This document shows, piece after piece, positions 48,204 through 56,934 of a stretch of DNA of 64,000 bases. Origin of the DNA: an uncultured Chloroflexia bacterium. GTDB lineage: Bacteria > Chloroflexota > Chloroflexia > Thermomicrobiales > UBA6265. The translations under genes and the position numbers were made by a program. Within the stretch, counting starts at the first letter, position 1; each line of letters opens with the position of its first letter. Below the pieces are notes generated by a model. It made no database searches, had not been told where the DNA came from, and saw nothing but the letters and a program-made list of their open reading frames with translations. Location of the stretch: NCBI GenBank assembly GCA_963724295.1, contig CAVRUC010000007.1, positions 672,001-736,000 on the forward strand, written 5' to 3'.

Positions 48204-49445
48204 ATGGAGAGTTCGCTTCCCGTCACCCAGGCCGACGCCGTCGTCATCGGGGCTGGAGCCTTCGGGCTCAGCGCCGGGTATCAGCTTGCCGCTCACGGCG
48301 CGGGCCGGGTCGTGGTGCTTGATCGGTTCGCCCCCGGCTCGCAGACGTCGCCGCGCGCCGCCGGTCTCTACAAGTTGATTCAGGCCGACGAGACGCTCAC
48401 CCGCCTGGCGCAATCGAGCATCGAAGTCATTCGCGGATTCAGCGAGGCCACCGGGGTCCCACTCTCCTACGTGCAGTCGGGAAGCGTTCTGGCCGCGCGC
48501 ACGGCTGAGCACGCGGCGCTGGTCGATGAGGAAGCTGAGGCGGCAGCGGGTTGGGGCGTCGAGCTGGAAAAGATCGATGCGGACGGTGTGCGCCGCATCG
48601 CGCCCTACCTCACTGGACGCGGCATCCGCACCGCCTACTACGTGCCCGGCGACATCTACATCGAGGAGCCTCGTTCCCTGCTCGACGCCTACATGGCCGC
48701 GATCGCGCAACTCGGCTCGCTCGTCGTGGGCGAAGCACCCGTGACCGGCATCCTTGTCAACAATGGCGAGATCACGGGCGTATCCACACCCCGCGGCGAC
48801 ATCGCGACCCCATTGGTGATCGACGCGGCGGGAGCCTGGGCGCGAGGGGTCGGCGCATTGGCAGGGGTTGAGGTGGCGGTGGCACCGGTGCGGCACCAAC
48901 TCCTCATCACCCGGGCGATCGCCGGGATGTCCCCACGGGAGCCGATCGCGCGCATCGTCGATGCCTCCGCCTATCTGCGACCGGCGCGCGGCGGGCTGAT
49001 GATGGGCGGCATGGAGAGTGACCCGATTTCAATCGACCCACGGCACGATCCAGACTTCAGCATGCCCGATACGCCGCTCGACATGCGTGTGCTCGACGAA
49101 TTCACGGCGGCGCTCGGGCCACTCGTACCCGCGCTCGGCGATACGCCGGTAGCCGAGCACCGTGGTGGTCTCTTCACGATGACGCCTGACGCCCGCTTTC
49201 TGGCCGGTCCCGTGTCCCAGGTGCGCGGGCTCTGGACGGCGACCGGGTGCAACGGCAGCGGCTTTTCGATCTCGGCCGGAATCGGGCGTGCGCTGGCGGA
49301 ATGGATCGTCGGCGGAGAGCCGGCGATTGACCTGTCGAGCCTCGACCCCGGACGTTTTGGTCCCGGCCCCCTCGATGACGAGCAACTGACGTCAGCCGGA
49401 CTCTGGCAGTACGCGAACTACTACACACCGCGACTCGCGGTCTAA
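48204..49445 (+). CDS. FAD-dependent amine/amino-acid oxidoreductase (DAO / sarcosine oxidase beta-like)
   Basis: VVIGAGAFG, TSPRAAG, DAAGAWA, TMTPD and GCNGSGF. Confidence 0.82.
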   Translation: MESSLPVTQADAVVIGAGAFGLSAGYQLAAHGAGRVVVLDRFAPGSQTSPRAAGLYKLIQADETLTRLAQSSIEVIRGFSEATGVPLSYVQSGSVLAARTAEHAALVDEEAEAAAGWGVELEKIDADGVRRIAPYLTGRGIRTAYYVPGDIYIEEPRSLLDAYMAAIAQLGSLVVGEAPVTGILVNNGEITGVSTPRGDIATPLVIDAAGAWARGVGALAGVEVAVAPVRHQLLITRAIAGMSPREPIARIVDASAYLRPARGGLMMGGMESDPISIDPRHDPDFSMPDTPLDMRVLDEFTAALGPLVPALGDTPVAEHRGGLFTMTPDARFLAGPVSQVRGLWTATGCNGSGFSISAGIGRALAEWIVGGEPAIDLSSLDPGRFGPGPLDDEQLTSAGLWQYANYYTPRLAV

Positions 49446-49467
49446 GTGGACGCCGTCGCAAAAAGAC

Positions 49468-49554
49468 GGTGTCATTCCGAGCCCGCAGGCGAGGAATCTC
49501 GGTGCGCGGGAGCTAACGGGACAATCGACGAGATTCCTCCGTCTGAATGACACC
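49468..49554. repeat. Palindromic extragenic element (REP/MITE-like), copy 1
   Basis: Outer inverted repeat GGTGTCATTC/GAATGACACC and inner inverted repeat GAGGAATCTCG/CGAGATTCCTC. Confidence 0.75.
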
Positions 49555-49671
49555 CTTCTCTGTGTCGCAGCACTCCGGTTGACACGCCTGGCCTGCCCCG
49601 GTGCTGCTTGCCGCGAGCGGTTCCCTGGGTTCACCACCTAACCGTGGCCCGATGCGGCGGCTGAAAGAGCC

Positions 49672-49734
49672 AAGAGGCCAAAGATGGCAAACATGGCAAA
49701 GGCTGCAAAGGCTGCAAAGGCTGCAAAGAATACG
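49672..49734. repeat. 9-bp tandem repeat (about 7 degenerate units, 3 exact AAGGCTGCA)
   Basis: aagaggcca aagatggca aacatggca aaggctgca aaggctgca aaggctgca aagaatacg. Confidence 0.75.
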
Positions 49735-49893
49735 GGACTCAGAATCTCGGCCATCTTCTCGGTCCACGAGCACGACCGGTCTCGGATCGGGGCGTTGTCG
49801 GGTATCTTGTGGGTCGTCACGGGTCTGACTTCGAGCAGACCTTCAGGGCGAGGAGTACTGGCCGCGACGGCGGCGTGCAATGGGAGTTAGCAG

Positions 49894-50880
49894 ATGACTT
49901 CGGAGCGTTTCCTGATCACGGGAGCGCTGGGCTGCATCGGATCGTGGGCCGCCAAGCGGCTGGTCGACGAAGGCGTCCCGGTGACGACATACGATCTTCC
50001 GGGTGAGCCGCACCGAATGCGCATCATCATGGATGACGCCAGCATCGCAAAAGTGAATTTCGTGCACGGAGATATCACCGACGAGGTTCGCTTCGAGGAA
50101 GTCGTCCGCGAGCACGGCATCACCCACATCCTGCACCTGGCCGCCCTACAGGTGCCATTCGTGCGGGCGAACCCCGTGCTCGGGGCCCGGGTCAACGTGG
50201 TGGGGACCGCGATCGTTTTCGAGACCGCGCGCAAGCTGGTCGACCAGATCCAGGGACTCACCTACGCCTCGTCCATCGCCGTCTATGGATCGGCCAACCT
50301 CTACCCCCCGGGACCACTTGCCGACGACGCGCCGCTGATCCCGGTCACCCTCTATGGAGTCACCAAGGAGGCCAACGAGGGCTGGGCGGCTATCTACTGG
50401 CAAGACTACGCGGTGCCGAGCGTGGGGCTGCGCCCATTCTTCGTCTACGGACCGGGTCGCGACCAGGGCGTGAGCTCGACGCCGACGAAGGCGATGGCGG
50501 CTGCCGCTGTGGGAAGGCCCTACACCATCTCCTTTGGTGGCACCGACACCTACCAGCACGCCGACGACGTCGCCCGCGTCTTCATCCAGGCCGCACGTAC
50601 GATGCCGGCCGGAGCGCCGGTTTACAACCTCGGTGGCACGGTAGCGTCGGTGGCCGAGGTGGTCGCCGCTATCGAACGGGCGGCTCCGGAGAGCGCCGGC
50701 ACGATCACCTATACCCCTGAGTCGTTGTTCACGCCCGACGGTGTGGAAGGCAAGGCGGTTGAGGAGCTCCTGGGACCAATCGCCTGGCGACCGCTCGACC
50801 AGGGCGTTCGAGATACGATCGAATCGTTCCGCACCGCCGCCAGCGCCGGCCGGTTCGACGCCGAGCGGGCCATTGCCTGA
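49894..50880 (+). CDS. NAD-dependent epimerase/dehydratase family protein
   Basis: TGALGCIG, HLAALQ, ASSIAVYG, YGVTK and VYGPGRDQG. Confidence 0.85.
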   Translation: MTSERFLITGALGCIGSWAAKRLVDEGVPVTTYDLPGEPHRMRIIMDDASIAKVNFVHGDITDEVRFEEVVREHGITHILHLAALQVPFVRANPVLGARVNVVGTAIVFETARKLVDQIQGLTYASSIAVYGSANLYPPGPLADDAPLIPVTLYGVTKEANEGWAAIYWQDYAVPSVGLRPFFVYGPGRDQGVSSTPTKAMAAAAVGRPYTISFGGTDTYQHADDVARVFIQAARTMPAGAPVYNLGGTVASVAEVVAAIERAAPESAGTITYTPESLFTPDGVEGKAVEELLGPIAWRPLDQGVRDTIESFRTAASAGRFDAERAIA

Positions 50881-50904
50881 GCGCGGCGGTGACGGAGGGT
50901 CGGC

Positions 50905-51414
50905 ATGAGGCCGCGGAACATCTTCGCCGCGAGCCGCTTCGTCATCGTGTTCGCGGTGCTCGGGTCGTTCGTCGGTTCGGCAATCTTGCTGGTGATCGCG
51001 ACCGCCTCCCTCTTCAACATTGCCTGGAACCAGATCGTCAACTTCCATCCCGCCAATCTGACCGGAAGCCGCATCGACCGTCTCGCCGTCGAATTGATCG
51101 AGATCACCGATGTCATCCTGTTGGGAACGGTGCTCTACATCGTGGCGCTGGGGCTATACCAACTATTCATTGACCAGAACCTGCCCTTGCCGCGTTGGCT
51201 CAAAGTGAACGACCTTACTGACCTGAAACGAGACCTGATCGGGGTCGTGGTCGTGTTGCTCGGCGTCAGCTTCCTGGGCGAAGTCGTGAACTGGGAGGGG
51301 GAAAGCGACCTGCTCCCGCTCGGCGCCGCAATCGCGTTAGTCATCGCGGCACTCGGCTTCATCCTCTGGCTCACGCCCGCAAAGCACGATGTCGACGACA
51401 CACGCGACGCGTGA
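50905..51414 (+). CDS. YqhA/UPF0114-family membrane protein
   Basis: Four TM segments with IE..D..L.G..L.I...GLYQLFI, LP.WL....L.DLK and VVVVLL.V.FL patterns. Confidence 0.8.
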   Translation: MRPRNIFAASRFVIVFAVLGSFVGSAILLVIATASLFNIAWNQIVNFHPANLTGSRIDRLAVELIEITDVILLGTVLYIVALGLYQLFIDQNLPLPRWLKVNDLTDLKRDLIGVVVVLLGVSFLGEVVNWEGESDLLPLGAAIALVIAALGFILWLTPAKHDVDDTRDA

Positions 51415-51471
51415 GCTCGCTCGGCCCTGACGAGTTGCCACGACCCGCATCCGAGCTGTTCTGCCCCCGCA

Positions 51472-52908
51472 TCAACCAGATGAGAGTTGGTACTCGCTTT
51501 CACTGCCTCTAGAGGCAAGCAGCTCGTCCCGCAACGTCTCATAGCCCTCACGTCCCATGAGCGCGTAGGTGGCGTTCTTGCCGGCCTCGACGCCCGGTTG
51601 ACCAAACGGGTTGATGTTCAGCAGCGCGCCGCCCATCACCGTTTGCAGCTCATACAGGTAGAACAGCTCGCCCAGGACGGCGGCATCAACGGTCGGCACC
51701 GCGATCGTGAAGTTCGGGCGCTGCGCCTGGGTGAGAGCCCACGCCGTCGCCAGCTGCTCCCGCTGCAGGAGCTGACCGAGCTCCGCGCCCTGAAGGTAAT
51801 CCAGCTCGGGAATCCCATCCGGTACATCTTCGACCGTCACACCGGCGCGGTATTCATCGACAGCGATGAGGCTGATGAGCTTGTCGTTTGGACCCTCGGT
51901 GTAGAGCTGGATCTGCGAATGCTGGTCGATGGCGCCCAGAGCTTTGATCGGCGTCTGGCCGGTGAAGACCACCTCGTTGTGCAGTGAGAGCCGTTTGCCG
52001 AGACTCTCCGCCCAGAGCTGACGGAACCAGTCCGACATCCCGAACAGCGCGTCCGCGTACGGCATTGTCACCAGGATCGACTTGTCGAGACGGGTATCGG
52101 CGAGGATACAGAGTGCCGCCAGCAGGTAGGCAGGGTTTTCCCGAACGTCTCCGGTCGCGGTGCGCGCCCGCATGGCTCGCGCACCCGCGAGCAGACCGTC
52201 CACGTCACAGCCGCAGATCGCCGCCGGCAACATGCCAACAGCGCTGAGAACCGTCATCCTGCCGTCGACCCCAGGCGGCACTGGAAACGTGCGATAGCCT
52301 TCCTGGTCCGCAAGCGCGCGCAGGAGTCCCTCTTCTGGATCAGTGGTCGCCACGATCTGTTGCCGCGCTCGTTCAGGACCGACGGCCGCCTCCAGCGCTT
52401 GCCGCGCCGCGAGAAAATTCGCCATTGTCTCCGCGGTTTGCCCCGACTTCGTCACGACGTTGACGAGGGTGCTCGCCAGATCGACGGTCTCCAGGGTCGC
52501 GGCGACCTTCTCCGGATCGGGATTGTCGAGAACAAAGAACCGCGGTCCGCCCCGCGCCTCGGACGGCAGCAGGTTACGAAATGGGTGGGCCAGGGCCTGG
52601 ACCGTCGCGATCGCTCCGAGTGATGAACCGCCGATACCGACCAGGATGAAATCCCGGTACTGGGCTCGAGCCTCGGCGGCGAAGGTATTGATCTCCCTGG
52701 CCAGCGCCGTGTCGGAGGGGAGGTCCATCCAGCGCTGCCCGCCGGCTGAGTGCTCCGCGCTGAGGCGCGCATGGTGCTCGGCGACGACCGGTGCCATCTC
52801 ATCGAGCATGGCATCGGTCACGCCGTGCTCTGGACCGACGGCGCCCGCCATGGCATTGCGATAGTCAATCGTGAGGCGAGACGCCTCCGTGTCATGATGA
52901 TCGTTCAC
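51472..52908 (-). CDS. pgi: Glucose-6-phosphate isomerase
   Basis: GIGGSSLG, TKSGQTAET, VDGRMTVLS, QLWAESLGK, DQHSQIQLY and PFGQPGVEAGK. Confidence 0.93.
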   Translation of the reverse strand: MNDHHDTEASRLTIDYRNAMAGAVGPEHGVTDAMLDEMAPVVAEHHARLSAEHSAGGQRWMDLPSDTALAREINTFAAEARAQYRDFILVGIGGSSLGAIATVQALAHPFRNLLPSEARGGPRFFVLDNPDPEKVAATLETVDLASTLVNVVTKSGQTAETMANFLAARQALEAAVGPERARQQIVATTDPEEGLLRALADQEGYRTFPVPPGVDGRMTVLSAVGMLPAAICGCDVDGLLAGARAMRARTATGDVRENPAYLLAALCILADTRLDKSILVTMPYADALFGMSDWFRQLWAESLGKRLSLHNEVVFTGQTPIKALGAIDQHSQIQLYTEGPNDKLISLIAVDEYRAGVTVEDVPDGIPELDYLQGAELGQLLQREQLATAWALTQAQRPNFTIAVPTVDAAVLGELFYLYELQTVMGGALLNINPFGQPGVEAGKNATYALMGREGYETLRDELLASRGSESEYQLSSG

Positions 52909-52910
52909 GG

Positions 52911-53258
52911 TTACTCCTCGTCACTCGCCGGCGATTCATCTCCCTTGGCAGCAACGCGATGCAGGTTGGCTAGCGCCTCCAGCATTACCGGGCGTACCGG
53001 TGGTCTCGCCGTTATCCCGGCCACGCGATCGATGGGCACACCCGTCGCCTGGGCCACCATAGCCGCGATCACCGGCACGCAGAAGATGCCCTGGCAGGTA
53101 CCCATGCCGGCCCGGGTGCGACGCTTGACGTCATCGACCGTCTGCGCCCCCGCGGTGATCGCGGCGACGATCTCCTCGAGCAGGATTTCCTCACAACGGC
53201 AGGTGAATGCGGCTCCCGCATCGAGCATCTCACTCTCGTCTCGATCAGTATCTGGCAT
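52911..53258 (-). CDS. BFD-like [2Fe-2S] protein
   Basis: CRCEE...VKRRTRAGMGTCQG..C and RPPVRPV. Confidence 0.85.
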   Translation of the reverse strand: MPDTDRDESEMLDAGAAFTCRCEEILLEEIVAAITAGAQTVDDVKRRTRAGMGTCQGIFCVPVIAAMVAQATGVPIDRVAGITARPPVRPVMLEALANLHRVAAKGDESPASDEE

Positions 53259-53269
53259 GGCGACTCAGC

Positions 53270-54229
53270 TCACTCGTACGGCTGCACCGTGACAGCGCCC
53301 AGCGCCGTCCGTCTCTCGAGCCGCCACGCCAACTCCGGTCCACCGTCGGCTCGAACCGCCGCGACGTCCTCTTCGCTGGCTAGACCAAGGGAGGCCGCCG
53401 CCGCGATTCCGGCGAGGCGACCTTCGGCAATCATGGCGGCGACGCTTCCCACGCCCGCGGCATCACCGGCGACGAAGATCCCGCGAACAGGACTTAGCAA
53501 CGCGTTGTCGATCACTGGTATCAGCCCCCCCAGCTCCGCGGAGAATGCGAGCGGCGTGCCGGCCATGGTTGCCAGGGTCGCGTCGGCCTGCCGGCCGACG
53601 GCGATAGCGATGACGTCGACGGCGTAGTGATCGTCTCCGACGGTCAAGCCTCGCACGCCATCGGCGTCCTCAGCGCGCAGGAACGGTGCGGGCGCAATTC
53701 CGCTCCAGACGACCTCGCCGCCGGCCAGCATGACGTCGACCGCCAGCTCCTCCGCGTCCGAGGCGCCACCGATGATCGCGAACCGCCGCCCCGGTCGCAC
53801 CCGATGCACGTTCAGCAGAATCCGCAACCCTCGTGCACTGAACACCCCGGGGTAGGTGGCGCCAGCAAACGGGTACGGCAGATCGGTCGAACCGGTTGCC
53901 ACGATCACGGCGTCAGCGACTTCGCGAGACGCGACACCCTCTTCGATCACGAGCAGGTCGAGACCAGCGAAGCAGCCGGCTACGGTTGCGCCGGTGCGAA
54001 TCTGCACCCCGGCGGCGAGCGCATCGTCGATCAGGCGCTCGGCAAGCCGGTCCGGCCGTTCGGCATTCGACGTGGTCGCCTTCATCACCGGCTGCACGCG
54101 ATAGCGCAGTTGCCCGCCAGGCTCCGCTCGCTCGTCGCACAGGGTCACAGAGGCGCCAGCGGCGGCCGCCTCGGCGGCGGCGGCCAGACCCGCCGGACCT
54201 GCGCCCACGATCACAATCGACGGTGTCAT
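53270..54229 (-). CDS. FAD/NAD-dependent oxidoreductase (HcnB/OoxA/proline dehydrogenase alpha-like, shortened)
   Basis: IVGAGPAGLAAA, PGGQL, VATGS..P.PF.G...PGV and FVAGDAAG. Confidence 0.8.
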   Translation of the reverse strand: MTPSIVIVGAGPAGLAAAAEAAAAGASVTLCDERAEPGGQLRYRVQPVMKATTSNAERPDRLAERLIDDALAAGVQIRTGATVAGCFAGLDLLVIEEGVASREVADAVIVATGSTDLPYPFAGATYPGVFSARGLRILLNVHRVRPGRRFAIIGGASDAEELAVDVMLAGGEVVWSGIAPAPFLRAEDADGVRGLTVGDDHYAVDVIAIAVGRQADATLATMAGTPLAFSAELGGLIPVIDNALLSPVRGIFVAGDAAGVGSVAAMIAEGRLAGIAAAASLGLASEEDVAAVRADGGPELAWRLERRTALGAVTVQPYE

Positions 54230-54627
54230 GGGCCCTGCTCAGCCGCCTCGGCTGTGGTCTCGCCGAGGCCGCGCTGGGTCCGCACATCGAGACCCGCTGA
54301 GATGGGTGTCAGGCAAGCCGGCACGTTCGGGATGCCATCGACGACAACCATGCAGTCGGTGCAGCGTCCGATCATGCAATACCCGCCCCGGGCGTCACCA
54401 AACCGGGGCATGGTGCGCAAGACGCGAAAGCCGGCGGCGAAGAGGGCGGCGGCGATCGGCTCTCCCTCTCGTCCCCCGACGGAGGCGCCATCAAAGGTGA
54501 ATTGGATGCGTCGCCCATGCGGCAGATCGCCGAGGATCTGGTGGGCTGTAATCCGAGTCGCCCCCAGATCGTCTGATTCTCCGCGGTCCTTCAACGTCGG
54601 CTCCCGGAGCGATGCGTGCTTGTGCAC
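54226..54627 (-). CDS. [2Fe-2S] Fer2_4-type subunit (HcnA-like)
   Basis: GE.IAAAL.A.G, RGGYCMIGRCTDC.V.VDG.PNV.ACLT. Confidence 0.85.
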   Translation of the reverse strand: MHKHASLREPTLKDRGESDDLGATRITAHQILGDLPHGRRIQFTFDGASVGGREGEPIAAALFAAGFRVLRTMPRFGDARGGYCMIGRCTDCMVVVDGIPNVPACLTPISAGLDVRTQRGLGETTAEAAEQGP

Positions 54628-54846
54628 GCGGCTGATCCAGCGGGATCATCTGTCTCCACCACAGTGCCGTCAATGAACCCGGCAACCAAGTCAGCCCGGC
54701 GGCCTTTGCTATAGTTCCCGCCGGTCAAGTGGAGTACGCCAATGCCGTGCCCACCGCATGCGAGCGGTGCGGTCACGCCTGACGCCGCCCGTTGGCCGCG
54801 ACGATCGATTGCGGGAGGCACTAGTTGATGGTGAGCGCGAAGACAG

Positions 54847-56268
54847 TTGAACAGGTCGAAACACGGGAGCCGCGCATCAAGCGCCCCGGCTGAGGAAAAT
54901 GGGCATCCGGGTGGCGCCGCGGCGATCGAGCAGTCCGCGCGCGATCACGTCTGGATCCACCAACTGCCCTGGGCCGAGTTCGAAAGCGACAAACTCCGCA
55001 TCTTCGATCGCGGTGAAGGCGCTCGCCTCTACGACGTGCACGGCAGGGAGTATCTCGATGGCATCGCCGGTTTGTGGGTCGTCAACGCCGGGCATGGCCG
55101 CCGCGAGATCGCGCAGGCGTACGCCGACCAGGCTGCTCGCCTGGGCTACGCTTCGGCGATTACATACACCACCACACCGGCGGTCAAGCTAGCAGAAAAA
55201 CTCGCCGAGCTGGCGCCGGGTGACCTCAGCCGGCTCTTCTTCGTCTCCGGTGGATCCGAGGCCGTCGAAACCGCGATCAAGATCGCCAAGCAGGTCCAGG
55301 CGATGCGCGGCTTCCCCAAGCGCTACAAGATCATCGCCCGCCGCCGCTCCTACCATGGCATGACCTACGGCGCGATGAGTGTCACGGCGACCCGCAACGA
55401 AACCTGGTTCGGTCCGTTCATGTACGGCGTCTTCCACGTGCCGCACCCGGATCGCTACCGGTCCGATTTCGGACTGGAGGGCGAAGAAGCCGACCTGATG
55501 GCGGCCCGCTACGTCGAGCAGGAAATCGTCAACCAAGGTGCGGAGACGGTTGCCGCAGTCATCGGCGAACCGATCTCGACCAACGCCGGCGTGCACGTGC
55601 CGTCGCCGAAGTACTGGCAGATGCTGCGCGAGATCTGCGACCGGCATGGCGTGCTTTTGATCGCCGACGAGGTCATCAACGGCTTCGGCCGCACCGGCAC
55701 CATGTTCGCTACCGAGCAATTCGGGTTCGTGCCCGACATCATGACGATGGCGAAGGGACTCTCTTCAGGCTACGCGCCGGTCGCCGCCGCAATGGTCAGG
55801 GAATCGGTCTACGACGTCTTTAAGGAGAACAAGGAAGCGGCGATGGGCCACCTGCTCACGTTTGGTGGTCACCCCGCGGCCTGTGCCGCGGCACTGCAGA
55901 ACCTCGTTATCTTCGAGCGCGAGGATCTGGTCGGGCAGAGTGCCAAGAAGGGCAAGTATCTCAAGTCCCGGCTCGAGGAGCTGCGCGCCCATCCCACGGT
56001 CGGCGACGTGCGCGGGCTCGGATTGATGTACGCCATCGATCTCGTGAAGAACAAGGAGACGCGAGAAAGTTGGGGCAAGACCGCTGCCTTCTCGGCGCGC
56101 GTCGGCGAGCTGGCCCTGCAGCGGGGCCTGGTGACTCGGGTCTGGGACGTCATGCACTTTGCGCCGCCGCTGGTCATGAGCGAGGCAGAGATCGACCGGA
56201 TGGTCGAGATCGCGGACGAGAGTCTCACCATTGCCGAGCGGGAGTTCGCCGCCGAGATCACGGCCTGA
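54847..56268 (+). CDS. Class III (omega-amine) aminotransferase; start uncertain
   Basis: YLDGIAGLW, GHGR, SGGSEAVE, SYHG, IADEVINGFGRTG, AKGLSSGY and TFGGHP. Confidence 0.9.
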   Translation: MNRSKHGSRASSAPAEENGHPGGAAAIEQSARDHVWIHQLPWAEFESDKLRIFDRGEGARLYDVHGREYLDGIAGLWVVNAGHGRREIAQAYADQAARLGYASAITYTTTPAVKLAEKLAELAPGDLSRLFFVSGGSEAVETAIKIAKQVQAMRGFPKRYKIIARRRSYHGMTYGAMSVTATRNETWFGPFMYGVFHVPHPDRYRSDFGLEGEEADLMAARYVEQEIVNQGAETVAAVIGEPISTNAGVHVPSPKYWQMLREICDRHGVLLIADEVINGFGRTGTMFATEQFGFVPDIMTMAKGLSSGYAPVAAAMVRESVYDVFKENKEAAMGHLLTFGGHPAACAAALQNLVIFEREDLVGQSAKKGKYLKSRLEELRAHPTVGDVRGLGLMYAIDLVKNKETRESWGKTAAFSARVGELALQRGLVTRVWDVMHFAPPLVMSEAEIDRMVEIADESLTIAEREFAAEITA

Positions 56269-56274
56269 ACGTGG

Positions 56275-56314
56275 CCCTCACCCCACCCCCTCTCCCAGAG
56301 CGCTGGGAGAGGGG
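56275..56314. repeat. CCCTCACCCC/CCCTCTCCC-type extragenic palindrome between convergent genes; possible terminator
   Basis: ccctcacccca followed by a perfect 12-bp stem CCCCTCTCCCAG-agcg-CTGGGAGAGGGG. Confidence 0.65.
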
Positions 56315-56391
56315 AGAAGCGTCAGTGCGTGCGCCGTCCGCGAGAGGGAAATCGTGCGTTCATCAGGATGACAGCGGCGGATCCATGCCCG

Positions 56392-56760
56392 TCAGCGGCC
56401 GTTTCGCGCATCGAAGCAGAAACGACAGAAAACCGGACGGTCGAGGCTCGGCTTGAACGGGAGACGGATGGGGCGCAGACAGCCGGAGCAGACCGCCGAG
56501 TAGAGGCGCTGGCTCGCATCCGATGGACCGACGGTGACCGGCCGCGCGCATCGCATGTCGCCGCTGCGCAACGCCTCGAGGATGCGGGCATTCCGCTCTT
56601 CTCGCCGCGCGATGCGGCACGCCGGGCACCGCGGTGAGACGGGCAGACCAGTTCCGCGCCTAGCAGCAACTTCACCCGGTGCGCGGTCGAACGGTTCGCC
56701 GCAGTCGACGCAGAGGGCACGGGTCTGCCCGGTGCCGGTATCGATGAGCTCAGGCTGCAA
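56392..56760 (-). CDS. Double zinc-ribbon protein (N-terminal zinc ribbon plus CxxC-x17-CxxC)
   Basis: CVDCGEPF...PRCPACR and YSAVCSGC.....LPFKPSLDRPVFCRFCF. TTG start after GGAGG. Confidence 0.8.
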   Translation of the reverse strand: MQPELIDTGTGQTRALCVDCGEPFDRAPGEVAARRGTGLPVSPRCPACRIARREERNARILEALRSGDMRCARPVTVGPSDASQRLYSAVCSGCLRPIRLPFKPSLDRPVFCRFCFDARNGR

Positions 56761-56934
56761 CGTCGCCTCCCGGCTTGGCCGTTGGCTGCATGGCCGGGAT
56801 AGTCTAGCCGCGCGCTTGGCCGTCAGTCCCGCGGCATCATGCCCGGATAATATTAGATTGAATCGATGCCACGCCGGTTGGAAACACGAGCCGGCGGGTC
56901 AGGACGCCATATCAACGAGAGAACAGGACGAAGC

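Noticed and set aside
49672..49890. ORFs MANMAKAAKAAKAAK and CSLCSLCSLC as small proteins
   Set aside because: They are translations of a 9-bp intergenic tandem repeat with no convincing RBS or family signal.
52911..54627. Hydrogen cyanide synthase hcnABC
   Set aside because: No hcnC is in the operon, and these domains are shared with opine, proline and sarcosine dehydrogenases.
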